Assembly: GCF_009914755.1 (NCBI RefSeq)
Contig: NC_060942.1
Direction: 5' to 3' (one strand)
Source: the human T2T-CHM13v2.0 reference genome, Homo sapiens
DNA length: 64,000 nucleotides
Below, piece after piece: positions 12,601 through 27,001 of the stretch (its first letter is position 1; every line of letters begins with the position of its first letter). The notes under the pieces were generated by a model. The model was not told where the DNA came from, did not search any database, and was given only the letters and a program-made list of their open reading frames with translations. Made by a program: the position numbers and the translations under genes.

Positions 12601-15600
12601 CTTCTTTGGGATGTTTGCATTCAAGTCACAGAGTAGAACATTCCCTTTGGTAGAGCAGGTTTGAAACACTCTTTTTTTAGTATATGGAAGTGGACATTTG
12701 GAGCGCTTTCAGGCCTACGTTGGAAAAGGAAATATCTTCCCATAACAACTAGACAGAAGCATTCTCAGAAACTAGTTTCTGATGTGTGTCCTCAACTAAC
12801 ACAGTTGAACATTTCTTTAGACAGAACAGTTTTGAAACTCTCTTTTTGTGGAATCTGCAAGTGGCTATTTGGCTAGATTTGAGGATTTCGTTGGAAACGG
12901 GATTACATATAAAAAGCAGACAGCAGCATTCTCAGAACGTTCTTTGTGATGATTGCATTCAAGTCACAGAATTGAACATTCCCTTTCACAGAGCAGGTTT
13001 GAAACACTCTTTTTGTAGTGTGTGTAAGTGGACATTTGGAGCACTTTCCGGCCTAAGGTGAAAAAGGAAATATCTTCCCATAAAAACTAGACAGAAGCAT
13101 TCTCAGAAACTTACTCGTGATGTGTGTCCTCAACTAAAGGAGTAGAACCTTTCTTTTCATAGAGAAGTTTTGAAACGCTCTTTTTGTCGAATCTGCAAGT
13201 GGATATTTGGCTAGTTTGGAGGATTTCGTTGGAAGCGGGAATTCATACAAATTGCAGACTGCAGCGTTCTGAGAAACATCTTTGTGATGTTTGTATTCAG
13301 GACACAGAGTTGAACATTCCCTATCATAGAGCAGGTTTGAATCACTCCTTTTGTAGTATCTGGAAGTGGACATTTGGAGCGCTTTCAGGCCTATGTTGGA
13401 AAAGGAAATATCTTCCCATAACAACTAGACAGAAGCATTCTCAGAAACTTATTTGAGATGTGTGTACTCAACTAAGAGAATTGAACCACCGTTTTGAAGG
13501 AGCAGTTTTGAAACACTCTTTTTCTGGAATCTGCAAGTGGATATTTGGCTAGCTTTGGGGATTTCGCTGGAAGCGGGAATACATATAAAAAGCACACAGC
13601 AGCGTTCTGAGAAACTGCTTTCTGATGTTTGCATTCAAGTCAAAAGTTGAACACTCCCTTTCATAGTGCAGTCCTGAAACACTCCTTTTGTAGTATCTGG
13701 AACTGGACTTTTGGAGCGCTTTCAGGGCTAAGGTGAAAAAGGAAATATCTTCCCATAAAAACTGGACAGAAGCATTCTCAGAAACTTGTTTATGCTGTAT
13801 CTACTCAACTAACAAAGTTGAACCTTTCTTTTGATAGAGCAGTTTTGAAATGCTCTTTTTGTGGAATCTGCAAGTGGATATTTGGCTAGTTTTGAGGATT
13901 TCGTTGGAAGCGGGAATTCATACAAATTGCAGACTGCAGCGTTCTGAGAAACATCTTTGTGATGTTTGTATTCAGGACAGAGAGTTGAACATTCCCTATC
14001 ATAGAGCAGGTTGGAATCACTCCTTTTGTAGTATCTGGAAGTGGACATTTGGAGCACTTTCCGGCCTAAGGTGAAAAAGGAAATATCTTCCCATAAAAAC
14101 TAGACAGAAGCATTCTCAGAAACTTACTCGTGATGTGTGTCCTCCACTAAATGAGTAGAACCTTTCTTTTCATAGAGAAGTTTTGAAACGCTCTTTTTGT
14201 AGAATCTGCAAGAGGATATTTGCATAGCTTTGAGGATTTCGTGGGAAGCGGGATTGTCTTCAGGTAAAATCTAGACAGAAGCATTCTCAGAAACTTCTTT
14301 GGGATGTTTGCATTCAAGTCACAGAGTAGAACATTCCCTTTGGTAGAGCAGGTTTGAAACACTCTTTTTGTAGTATCTGGAAGTGGACATTTGGAGCGCT
14401 TTCAGGCCTATGTTGGAAAGGGAAATATCTTCCCGTAACAACTAGGCAGAAGCATTCTCAGAAACTTATTTGAGATGTGTGTACTCAACTAAGAGAATTG
14501 AATCACCGTTTTGAAGGAGCAGTTTTGAAACACTCTTTTTCTGGAATCTGCAAGAGGATATTTGCCTAGCCTTGAGGATTTCGTTGGAAACGGGATTGTC
14601 TTCAGATCAAATCAAGACAGAAGCATTCTCAGAAACTTCTTTGGGATGTTTGCATTCAAGTCACAGAGTAGAACATTCCCTTTGGTAGAGCAGGTTTGAA
14701 ACACTCTTTTTTTAGTATATGGAAGTGGACATTTGGAGCGCTTTCAGGCCTACGTTGGAAAAGGAAATATCTTCCCATAACAACTAGACAGAAGCATTCT
14801 CAGAAACTAGTTTCTGATGTGTGTCCTCAACTAACACAGTTGAACATTTCTTTAGACAGAACAGTTTTGAAACTCTCTTTTTGTGGAATCTGCAAGTGGC
14901 TATTTGGCTAGATTTGAGGATTTCGTTGGAAACGGGATTACATATAAAAAGCAGACAGCAGCATTCTCAGAAAGTTCTTTGTGATGATTGCATTCAAGTC
15001 ACAGAATTGAACATTCCCTTTCACAGAGCAGGTTTGAAACACTCTTTTTATAGTGTGTGTAAGTGGACATTTGGAGCACTTTCCGGCCTAAGGTGAAAAC
15101 GGAAATATCTTCCCATAAAAACTAGACAGAAGCATTCTCAGAAACTTACTCGTGATGTGTGTCCTCAACTAAAGGAGTAGAACCTTTGTTTTCATAGATA
15201 AGTTTTGAAACGCTCTTTTTGTGGAATCTGCAAGTGGATATTTGGCTAGTTTGGAGGATTTCGTTGGAAGCGGGAATTCATACAAATTGCAGACTGCAGC
15301 GTTCTGAGAAACATCTTTGTGATGTTTGTATTCAGGACACAGAGTTGAACATTCCCTATCATAGAGCAGGTTTGAATCACTCCTTTTGTAGTATCTGGAA
15401 GTGGACCTTTGGAGCGCTTTCAGGCCTATGTTGGAAAAGGAAATATCTTCCCATAACAACTAGACAGAAGCATTCTCAGAAACTTATTTGAGATGTGTGT
15501 ACTCAACTAAGAGAATTGAACCACCGTTTTGAAGGAGCAGTTTTGAAACACTCTTTTTCTGGAATCTGCAAGTGGATATTTGGCTAGCTTTGGGGATTTC

Positions 15601-18600
15601 GCTGGAAGCGGGAATACATATAAAAAGCACACAGCAGCGTTCTGAGAAACTGCTTTCTGATGTTTGCATTCAAGTCAAAAGTTGAACACTCCCTTTCATA
15701 GAGCAGTCCTGAAACACTCCTTTTGTAGTATCTGGAACTGGACTTTTGGAGCGCTTTCAGGGCTAAGGTGAAAAAGGAAATATCTTCCCATAAAAACTGG
15801 ACAGAAGCATTCTCAGAAACTTGTTTATGCTGTATCTACTCAACTAACAAAGTTGAACCTTTCTTTTGATAGAGCAGTTTTGAAATGCTCTTTTTGTGGA
15901 ATCTGCAAGTGGATATTTGGCTAGTTTTGAGGATTTCGTTGGAAGCGGGAATTCATACAAATTGCAGACTGCAGCGTTCTGAGAAACATCTTTGTGATGT
16001 TTGTATTCAGGACAGAGAGTTGAACATTCCCTATCATAGAGCAGGTTGGAATCACTCCTTTTGTAGTATCTGGAAGTGGACATTTGGAGCGCTTTCTGGC
16101 CTATGTTGAAAAAGGAAATATCTTCCCATAACAACTAGACACAAGCATTCTCAGAAACTTGTTTGTGATGTGTGCCCTCTACTGACAGAGTTGAACCTTT
16201 CTTTTCATAGAGCAGTTTTGAAACACTCTTTTTGTAGAATCTGCAAGAGGATATTTGCATAGCTTTGAGGATTTCGTGGGAAACGGGATTGTCTTCAGGT
16301 AAAATCTAGACAGAAGCATTCTCAGAAACTTCTTTGGGATGTTTGCATTCAAGTCACAGAGTAGAACATTCCCTTTGGTAGAGCAGGTTTGAAACACTCT
16401 TTTTGTAGTATCTGGAAGTGGACATTTGGAGCGCTTTCAGGCCTATGTTGGAAAGGGAAATATCTTCCCGTAACAACTAGGCAGAAGCATTCTCAGAAAC
16501 TTATTTGAGATGTGTGTACTCAACTAAGAGAATTGAATCACCGTTTTGAAGGAGCAGTTTTGAAACACTCTTTTTCTGGAATCTGCAAGAGGATATTTGC
16601 CTAGCCTTGAGGATTTCGTTGGAAACGGGATTGTCTTCAGATCAAATCTAGACAGAAGCATTCTCAGAAACTTCTTTGGGATGTTTGCATTCAAGTCACA
16701 GAGTAGAACATTCCCTTTGGTAGAGCAGGTTTGAAACACTCTTTTTTTAGTATATGGAAGTGGACATTTGGAGCGCTTTCAGGCCTACGTTGGAAAAGGA
16801 AATATCTTCCCATAACAACTAGACAGAAGCATTCTCAGAAACTAGTTTCTGATGTGTGTCCTCAACTAACACAGTTGAACATTTCTTTAGACAGAACAGT
16901 TTTGAAACACTCTTTTTGTGGAATCTGCAAGTGGCTATTTGGCTAGATTTGAGGATTTCGTTGGAAACGGGATTACATATAAAAAGCAGACAGCAGCATT
17001 CTCAGAAAGTTCTTTGTGATGATTGCATTCAAGTCACAGAATTGAACATTCCCTTTCACAGAGCAGGTTTGAAACACTCTTTTTGTAGTGTGTGTAAGTG
17101 GACATTTGGAGCACTTTCCGGCCTAAGGTGAAAAAGGAAATATCTTCCCATAAAAACTAGACAGAAGCATTCTCAGAAACTTACTCGTGATGTGTGTCCT
17201 CAACTAAAGGAGTAGAACCTTTCTTTTCATAGAGAAGTTTTGAAACGCTCTTTTTGTGGAATCTGCAAGTGGATATTTGGCTAGTTTGGAGGATTTCGTT
17301 GGAAGCGGGAATTCATACAAATTGCAGACTGCAGCGTTCTGAGAAACATCTTTGTGATGTTTGTATTCAGGACACAGAGTTGAACATTCCCTATCATAGA
17401 GCAGGTTGGAATCACTCCTTTTGTAGTATCTGGAAGTGGACATTTGGAGCGCTTTCAGGCCTATGTTGGAAAAGGAAATATCTTCCCATAACAACTAGAC
17501 AGAAGCATTCTCAGAAACTTATTTGAGATGTGTGTACTCAACTAAGAGAATTGAACCACCGTTTTGAAGGAGCAGTTTTGAAACACTCTTTTTCTGGAAT
17601 CTGCAAGTGGATATTTGGCTAGCTTTGGGGATTTCGCTGGAGGCGGGAATACATATAAAAACCACACAGCAGCGTTCTGAGAAACTGCTTTCTGATGTTT
17701 GCATTCAAGTCAAAAGTTGAACACTCCCTTTCATAGAGCAGTCCTGAAACACTCCTTTTGTAGTATCTGGAACTGGACTTTTGGAGCGCTTTCAGGGCTA
17801 AGGTGAAAAAGGAAATATCTTCCCATAAAAACTGGACAGAAGCATTCTCAGAAACTTGTTTATGCTGTATCTACTCAACTAACAAAGTTGAACCTTTCTT
17901 TTGATAGAGCAGTTTTGAAATGCTCTTTTTGTGGAATCTGCAAGTGGATATTTGGCTAGTTTTGAGGATTTCGTTGGAAGCGGGAATTCATACAAATTGC
18001 AGACTGCAGCGTTCTGAGAAACATCTTTGTGATGTTTGTATTCAGGACAGAGAGTTGAACATTCCCTATCATAGAGCAGGTTGGAATCACTCCTTTTGTA
18101 GTATCTGGAAGTGGACATTTGGAGCGCTTTCTGGCCTATGTTGAAAAAGGAAATATCTTCCCATAACAACTAGACACAAGCATTCTCAGAAACTTGTTTG
18201 TGATGTGTGCCCTCTACTGACAGAGTTGAACCTTTCTTTTCATAGAGCAGTTTTGAAACACTCTTTTTGTAGAATCTGCAAGAGGATATTTGCATAGCTT
18301 TGAGGATTTCGTGGGAAACGGGATTGTCTTCAGGTAAAATCTAGACAGAAGCATTCTCAGAAACTTCTTTGGGATGTTTGCATTCAAGTCACAGAGTAGA
18401 ACATTCCCTTTGGTAGAGCAGGTTTGAAACACTCTTTTTGTAGTATCTGGAAGTGGACATTTGGAGCGCTTTCAGGCCTATGTTGGAAAGGGAAATATCT
18501 TCCGGTAACAACTAGGCAGAAACATTCTCAGAAACTTATTTGAGATGTGTGTACTCAACTAAGAGAATTGAACCACCGTTTTGAAGGAGCAGTTTTGAAA

Positions 18601-21600
18601 CACTCTTTTTCTGGAATCTGCAAGAGGATATTTGCCTAGCTTTGAGGATTTCGTTGGAAACGGGATTGTGTTCAGATCAAATCTAGACAGAAGCATTCTC
18701 AGAAACTTCTTTGGGATGTTTGCATTCAAGTCACAGAGTAGAACATTCCCTTTGGTAGAGCAGGTGTGAAACACTCTTTTTTTAGTATATGGAAGTGGAC
18801 ATTTGGAGCGCTTTCAGGCCTACGTTGGAAAAGGAAATATCTTCCCATAACAACTAGACAGAAGCATTCTCAGAAACTAGTTTCTGATGTGTGTCCTCAA
18901 CTAACACAGTTGAACATTTCTTTAGACAGAACAGTTTTGAAACTCTCTTTTTGTGGTATCTGCAAGTGGCTATTTGGCTAGATTTGAGGATTTCGTTGGA
19001 AACGGGATTACATATAAAAAGCAGACAGCAGCATTCTCAGAAAGTTCTTTGTGATGATTGCATTCAAGTCACAGAATTGAACATTCCCTTTCACAGAGCA
19101 GGTTTGAAACACTCTTTTTGTAGTGTGTGTAAGTGGACATTTGGAGCACTTTCCGGCCTAAGGTGAGAAAGGAAATATCTTCCCATAAAAACTAGACAGA
19201 AGCATTCTCAGAAACTTACTCGTGATGTGTGTCCTCAACTAAAGGAGTAGAACCTTTCTTTCATAGAGAAGTTTTGAAACGCTCTTTTTGTGGAATCTGC
19301 AAGTGGATATTTGGCTAGTTTGGAGGATTTCGTTGGAAGCGGGAATTCATACAAATTGCAGACTGCAGCGTTCTGAGAAACATCTTTGTGATGTTTGTAT
19401 TCAGGACACAGAGTTGAACATTCCCTATCATAGAGCAGGTTGGAATCACTCCTTTTGTAGTATCTGGAAGTGGACATTTGGAGTGCTTTCAGGCCTATGT
19501 TGGAAAAGGAAATATCTTCCCATAACAACTAGACAGAAGCATTCTCAGAAACTTATTTGAGATGTGTGTACTCAACTAAGAGAATTGAACCACCGTTTTG
19601 AAGGAGCAGTTTTGAAACACTCTTTTTCTGGAATCTGCAAGTGGATATTTGGCTAGCTTTGGGGATTTCGCTGGAAGCGGGAATACATATAAAAAGCACA
19701 CAGCAGCGTTCTGAGAAACTGCTTTCTGATGTTTGCATTCAAGTCAAAAGTTGAACACTCCCTTTCATAGAGCAGTCCTGAAACACTCCTTTTGTAGTAT
19801 CTGGAACTGGACTTTTGGAGCGCTTTCAGGGCTAAGGTGAAAAAGGAAATATCTTCCCATAAAAACTGGACAGAAGCATTCTCAGAAACTTGTTTATGCT
19901 GTATCTACTCAACTAACAAAGTTGAACCTTTCTTTTGATAGAGCAGTTTTGAAATGCTCTTTTTGTGGAATCTGCAAGTGGATATTTGGCTAGTTTTGAG
20001 GATTTCGTTGGAAGCGGGAATTCATACAAATTGCAGACTGCAGCGTTCTGAGAAACATCTTTGTGATGTTTGTATTCAGGACAGAGAGTTGAACATTCCC
20101 TATCATAGAGCAGGTTGGAATCACTCCTTTTGTAGTATCTGGAAGTGGACATTTGGAGCGCTTTCAGGCCTATGTTGAAAAAGGAAATATCTTCCCATAA
20201 CAACTAGACACAAGCATTCTCAGAAACTTGTTTGTGATGTGTGCCCTCTACTGACAGAGTTGAACCTTTCTTTTCATAGAGCAGTTTTGAAACACTCTTT
20301 TTGTAGAATCTGCAAGAGGATATTTGCATAGCTTTGAGGATTTCGTGGGAAACGGGATTGTCTTCAGGTAAAATCTAGACAGAAGCATTCTCAGAAACTT
20401 CTTTGGGATGTTTGCATTCAAGTCACAGAGTAGAACATTCCCTTTGGTAGAGCAGGTTTGAAACACTCTTTTTGTAGTATCTGGAAGTGGACATTTGGAG
20501 CGCTTTCAGGCCTATGTTGGAAAGGGAAATATCTTCCGGTAACAACTAGGCAGAAACATTCTCAGAAACTTATTTGAGATGTGTGTACTCAACTAAGAGA
20601 ATTGAACCACCGTTTTGAAGGAGCAGTTTTGAAACACTCTTTTTCTGGAATCTGCAAGAGGATATTTGCCTAGCTTTGAGGATTTCGTTGGAAACGGGAT
20701 TGTGTTCAGATCAAATCTAGACAGAAGCATTCTCAGAAACTTCTTTGGGATGTTTGCATTCAAGTCACAGAGTAGAACATTCCCTTTGGTAGAGCAGATG
20801 TGAAACACTCTTTTTTTAGTATATGGAAGTGGACATTTGGAGCGCTTTCAGGCCTACGTTGGAAAAGGAAATATCTTCCCATAACAACTAGACAGAAGCA
20901 TTCTCAGAAACTAGTTTCTGATGTGTGTCCTCAACTAACACAGTTGAACATTTCTTTAGACAGAACAGTTTTGAAACTCTCTTTTTGTGGAATCTGCAAG
21001 TGGCTATTTGGCTAGATTTGAGGATTTCGTTGGAAACGGGATTACATATAAAAAGCAGACAGCAGCATTCTCAGAAAGTTCTTTGTGATGATTGCATTCA
21101 AGTCACAGAATTGAACATTCCCTTTCACAGAGCAGGTTTGAAACACTCTTTTTGTAGTGTGTGTAAGTGGACATTTGGAGCACTTTCCGGCCTAAGGTGA
21201 GAAAGGAAATATCTTCCCATAAAAACTAGACAGAAGCATTCTCAGAAACTTACTCGTGATGTGTGTCCTCAACTAAAGGAGTAGAACCTTTCTTTCATAG
21301 AGAAGTTTTGAAACGCTCTTTTTGTGGAATCTGCAAGTTGATATTTGGCTAGTTTGGAGGATTTCGTTGGAAGCGGGAATTCATACAAATTGCAGACTGC
21401 AGCGTTCTGAGAAACATCTTTGTGATGTTTGTATTCAGGACACAGAGTTGAACATTCCCTATCATAGAGCAGGTTGGAATCACTCCTTTTGTAGTATCTG
21501 GAAGTGGACATTTGGAGTGCTTTCAGGCCTATGTTGGAAAAGGAAATATCTTCCCATAACAACTAGACAGAAGCATTTTCAGAAACTTATTTGAGATGTG

Positions 21601-24600
21601 TGTACTCAACTAAGAGAATTGAACCACCGTTTTGAAGGAGCAGTTTTGAAACACTCTTTTTCTGGAATCTGCAAGTGGATATTTGGCTAGCTTTGGGGAT
21701 TTCGCTGGAGGCGGGAATACATATAAAAAGCACACAGCAGCGTTCTGAGAAACTGCTTTCTGATGTTTGCATTCAAGTCAAAAGTTGAACACTCCCTTTC
21801 ATAGAGCAGTCCTGAAACACTCCTTTTGTAGTATCTGGAACTGGACTTTTGGAGCGCTTTCAGGGCTAAGGTGAAAATGGAAATATCTTCCCATAAACAC
21901 TGGACAGAAGCATTCTCAGAAACTTGTTTATGCTGTATCTACTCAACTAACAAAGTTGAACCTTTCTTTTGATAGAGCAGTTTTGAAATGCTCTTTTTGT
22001 GGAATCTGCAAGTGGATATTTGGCTTGTTTTGAGGATTTCGCTGGAAGCGGGAATTCATACAAATTGCAGACTGCAGCGTTCTGAGAAACATCTTTGTGA
22101 TGTTTGTATTCAGGACAGAGAGTTGAACATTCCCTATCATAGAGCAGGTTGGAATCACTCCTTTTGTAGTATCTGGAAGTGGACATTTGGAGCGCTTTCA
22201 GGCCTATGTTGAAAAAGGAAATATCTTCCCATAACAACTAGACAGAAGCATTCTCAGAAACTTGTTTGTGATGTGTGCCCTCTACTGACAGAGTTGAACC
22301 TTTCTTTTCATAGAGCAGTTTTGAAACACTCTTTTTGTAGAATCTGCAAGAGGATATTTGCATAGCTTTGAGGATTTCGTGGGAAACGGGATTGTCTTCA
22401 GGTAAAATCTAGACAGAAGCATTCTCAGAAACTTCTTTGGGATGTTTGCATTCAAGTCACAGAGTAGAACATTCCCTTTGGTAGAGCAGGTTTGAAACAC
22501 TCTTTTTGTAGTATCTGGAAGTGGACATTTGGAGCGCTTTCAGGCCTATGTTGGAAAGGGAAATATCTTCCCGTAACAACTAGGTAGAAGCATTCTCAGA
22601 AACTTATTTGAGATGTGTGTACTCAACTAAGAGAATTGAACCACCGTTTTGAAGGAGCAGTTTTGAAACACTCTTTTTCTGGAATCTGCAAGAGGATATT
22701 TGCCTAGCCTTGAGGATTTCGTTGGAAACGGGATTGTCTTCAGATCAAATCTAGACAGAAGCATTCTCAGAAACTTCTTTGGGATGTTTGCATTCAAGTC
22801 ACAGAGTAGAACATTCCCTTTGGTAGAGCAGGTTTGAAACACTCTTTTTTTAGTATATGGAAGTGGACATTTGGAGCGCTTTCAGGCCTACGTTGGAAAA
22901 GGAAATATCTTCCCATAACAACTAGACAGAAGCATTCTCAGAAACTAGTTTCTGATGTGTGTCCTCAACTAACACAGTTGAACATTTCTTTAGACAGAAC
23001 AGTTTTGAAACACTCTTTTTGTGGAATCTGCAAGTGGCTATTTGGCTAGATTTGAGGATTTCGTTGGAAACGGGATTACATATAAAAAGCAGACAGCAGC
23101 ATTCTCAGAAAGTTCTTTGTGATGATTGCATTCAAGTCACAGAATTGAACATTCCCTTTCACAGAGCAGGTTTGAAACACTCTTTTTGTAGTGTGTGTAA
23201 GTGGACATTTGGAGCACTTTCCGGCCTAAGGTGAAAAAGGAAATATCTTCCCATAAAAACTAGACAGAAGCACTCTCAGAAACTTACTCGTGATGTGTGT
23301 CCTCAACTAAAGGAGTAGAACCTTTCTTTTCATAGAGAAGTTTTGAAACGCTCTTTTTGTGGAATCTGCAAGTGGATATTTGGCTAGTTTGGAGGATTTC
23401 GTTGGAAGCGGGAATTCATACAAATTGCAGACTGCAGCGTTCTGAGAAACATCTTTGTGATGTTTGTATTCAGGACACAGAGTTGAACATTCCCTATCAT
23501 AGAGCAGGTTTGAATCACTCCTTTTGTAGTATCTGGAAGTGGACATTTGGAGCGCTTTCAGGCCTATGTTGGAAAAGGAAATATCTTCCCATAACAACTA
23601 GACAGAAGCATTCTCAGAAACTTATTTGAGATGTGTGTACTCAACTAAGAGAATTGAACCACCGTTTTGAAGGAGCAGTTTTGAAACACTCTTTTTCTGG
23701 AATCTGCAAGTGCATATTTGGCTAGCTTTGGGGATTTCGCTGGAAGCGGGAATACATATAAAAAGCACACAGCAGCGTTCTGAGAAACTGCTTTCTGATG
23801 TTTGCATTCAAGTCAAAAGTTGAACACTCCCTTTCATAGTGCAGTCTGAAACACTCCTTTTGTAGTATCTGGAACTGGACTTTTGGAGCGCTTTCAGGGC
23901 TAAGGTGAAAAAGGAAATATCTTCCCATAAAAACTGGACAGAAGCATTCTCAGAAACTTGTTTATGCTGTATCTACTCAACTAACAAAGTTGAACCTTTC
24001 TTTTGATAGAGCAGTTTTGAAATGCTCTTTTTGTGGAATCTGCAAGTGGATATTTGGCTAGTTTTGAGGATTTCGTTGGAAGCGGGAATTCATACAAATT
24101 GCAGACTGCAGCGTTCTGAGAAACATCTTTGTGATGTTTGTATTCAGGACAGAGAGTTGAACATTCCCTATCATAGAGCAGGTTGGAATCACTCCTTTTG
24201 TAGTATCTGGAAGTGGACATTTGGAGCGCTTTCAGGCCTATGTTGAAAAAGGAAATATCTTCCCATAACAACTAGACACAAGCATTCTCAGAAACTTGTT
24301 TGTGATGTGTGCCCTCTACTGACAGAGTTGAACCTTTCTTTTCATAGAGCAGTTTTGAAACACTCTTTTTGTAGAATCTGCAAGAGGATATTTGCATAGC
24401 TTTGAGGATTTCGTGGGAAACGGGATTGTCTTCAGGTAAAATCTAGACAGAAGCATTCTCAGAAACTTCTTTGGGATGTTTGCATTCAAGTCACAGAGTA
24501 GAACATTCCCTTTGGTAGAGCAGGTTTGAAACACTCTTTTTGTAGTATCTGGAAGTGGACATTTGTAGCGCTTTCAGGCATATGTTGGAAAGGGAAATAT

Positions 24601-27001
24601 CTTCCCGTAACAACTAGGCAGAAGCATTCTCAGAAACTTATTTGAGATGTGTGTACTCAACTAAGAGAATTGAACCACCGTTTTGAAGGAGCAGTTTTGA
24701 AACACTCTTTTTCTGGAATCTGCAAGAGGATATTTGCCTAGCCTTGAGGATTTCGTTGGAAACGGGATTGTCTTCAGATCAAATCTAGACAGAAGCATTC
24801 TCAGAAACTTCTTTGGGATGTTTGCATTCAAGTCACAGAGTAGAACATTCCCTTTGGTAGAGCAGGTTTGAAACACTCTTTTTTTAGTATATGGAAGTGG
24901 ACATTTGGAGCGCTTTCAGGCCTACGTTGGAAAAGGAAATATCTTCCCATAACAACTAGACAGAAGCATTCTCAGAAACTAGTTTCTGATGTGTGTCCTC
25001 AACTAACACAGTTGAACATTTCTTTAGACAGAACAGTTTTGAAACTCTCTTTTTGTGGAATCTGCAAGTGGCTATTTGGCTAGATTTGAGGATTTCGTTG
25101 GAAACGGGATTACATATAAAAAGCAGACAGCAGCATTCTCAGAAAGTTCTTTGTGATGATTGCATTCAAGTCACAGAATTGAACATTCCCTTTCACAGAG
25201 CAGGTTTGAAACACTCTTTTTGTAGTGTGTGTAAGTGGACATTTGGAGCACTTTCCGGCCTAAGGTGAAAAAGGAAATATCTTCCCATAAAAACTAGACA
25301 GAAGCATTCTCAGAAACTTACTCGTGATGTGTGTCCTCAACTAAAGGAGTAGAACCTTTCTTTTCATAGAGAAGTTTTGAAACGCTCTTTTTGTGGAATC
25401 TGCAAGTGGATATTTGGCTAGTTTGGAGGATTTCGTTGGAAGCGGGAATTCATACAAATTGCAGACTGCAGCGTTCTGAGAAACATCTTTGTGATGTTTG
25501 TATTCAGGACACAGAGTTGAACATTCCCTATCATAGAGCAGGTTGGAATCACTCCTTTTGTAGTATCTGGAAGTGGACATTTGGAGTGCTTTCAGGCCTA
25601 TGTTGGAAAAGGAAATATCTTCCCATAACAACTAGACAGAAGCATTCTCAGAAACTTATTTGAGATGTGTGTACTCAACTAAGAGAATTGAACCACCGTT
25701 TTGAAGGAGCAGTTTTGAAACACTCTTTTTCTGGAATCTGCAAGTGGATATTTGGCTAGCTTTGGGGATTTCGCTGGAGGCGGGAATACATATAAAAAGC
25801 ACACAGCAGCGTTCTGAGAAACTGCTTTCTGATGTTTGCATTCAAGTCAAAAGTTGAACACTCCCTTTCATAGAGCAGTCCTGAAACACTCCTTTTGTAG
25901 TATCTGGAACTGGACTTTTGGAGCGCTTTCAGGGCTAAGGTGAAAAAGGAAATATCTTCCCATAAAAACTGGACAGAAGCATTCTCAGAAACTTTTTTAT
26001 GCTGTATCTACTCAACTAACAAAGTTGAACCTTTCTTTTGATAGAGCAGTTTTGAAATGCTCTTTTTGTGGAATCTGCAAGTGGATATTTGGCTAGTTTT
26101 GAGGATTTCGTTGGAAGCGGGAATTCATACAAATTGCAGACTGCAGCGTTCTGAGAAACATCTTTGTGATGTTTGTATTCAGGACAGAGAGTTGAACATT
26201 CCCTATCATAGAGCAGGTTGGAATCACTCCTTTTGTAGTATCTGGAAGTGGACATTTGGAGCGCTTTCTGGCCTATGTTGAAAAAGGAAATATCTTCCCA
26301 TAACAACTAGACACAAGCATTCTCAGAAACTTGTTTGTGATGTGTGCCCTCTACTGACAGAGTTGAACCTTTCTTTTCATAGAGCAGTTTTGAAACACTC
26401 TTTTTGTAGAATCTGCAAGAGGATATTTGCATAGCTTTGAGGATTTCGTGGGAAACGGGATTGTCTTCAGGTAAAATCTAGACAGAAGCATTCTCAGAAA
26501 CTTCTTTGGGATGTTTGCATTCAAGTCACAGAGTAGAACATTCCCTTTGGTAGAGCAGGTTTGAAACACTCTTTTTGTAGTATCTGGAAGTGGACATTTG
26601 GAGCGCTTTCAGGCCTATGTTGGAAAGGGAAATATCTTCCGGTAACAACTAGGCAGAAGCATTCTCAGAAACTTATTGGAGATGTGTGTACTCAACTAAG
26701 AGAATTGAACCACCGTTTTGAAGGAGCAGTTTTGAAACACTCTTTTTCTGGAATCTGCAAGAGGATATTTGCCTAGCCTTGAGGATTTCGTTGGAAACGG
26801 GATTGTCTTCAGATCAAATCTAGACAGAAGCATTCTCAGAAACTTCTTTGGGATGTTTGCATTCAAGTCACAGAGTAGAACATTCCCTTTGGTAGAGCAG
26901 GTTTGAAACACTCTTTTTTTAGTATATGGAAGTGGACATTTGGAGCGCTTTCAGGCCTACGTTGGAAAAGGAAATATCTTCCCATAACAACTAGACAGAA
27001 G
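6655..27001 (+). repeat. Run of ten canonical-length 12-mer HORs
   Basis: Unit starts 6655, 8690, 10725, 12760, 14795, 16830, 18865, 20899, 22933, 24967. Spacing is 2034-2035; the 2034 units carry 1-bp deletions in m3 or m6. Confidence 0.92.
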
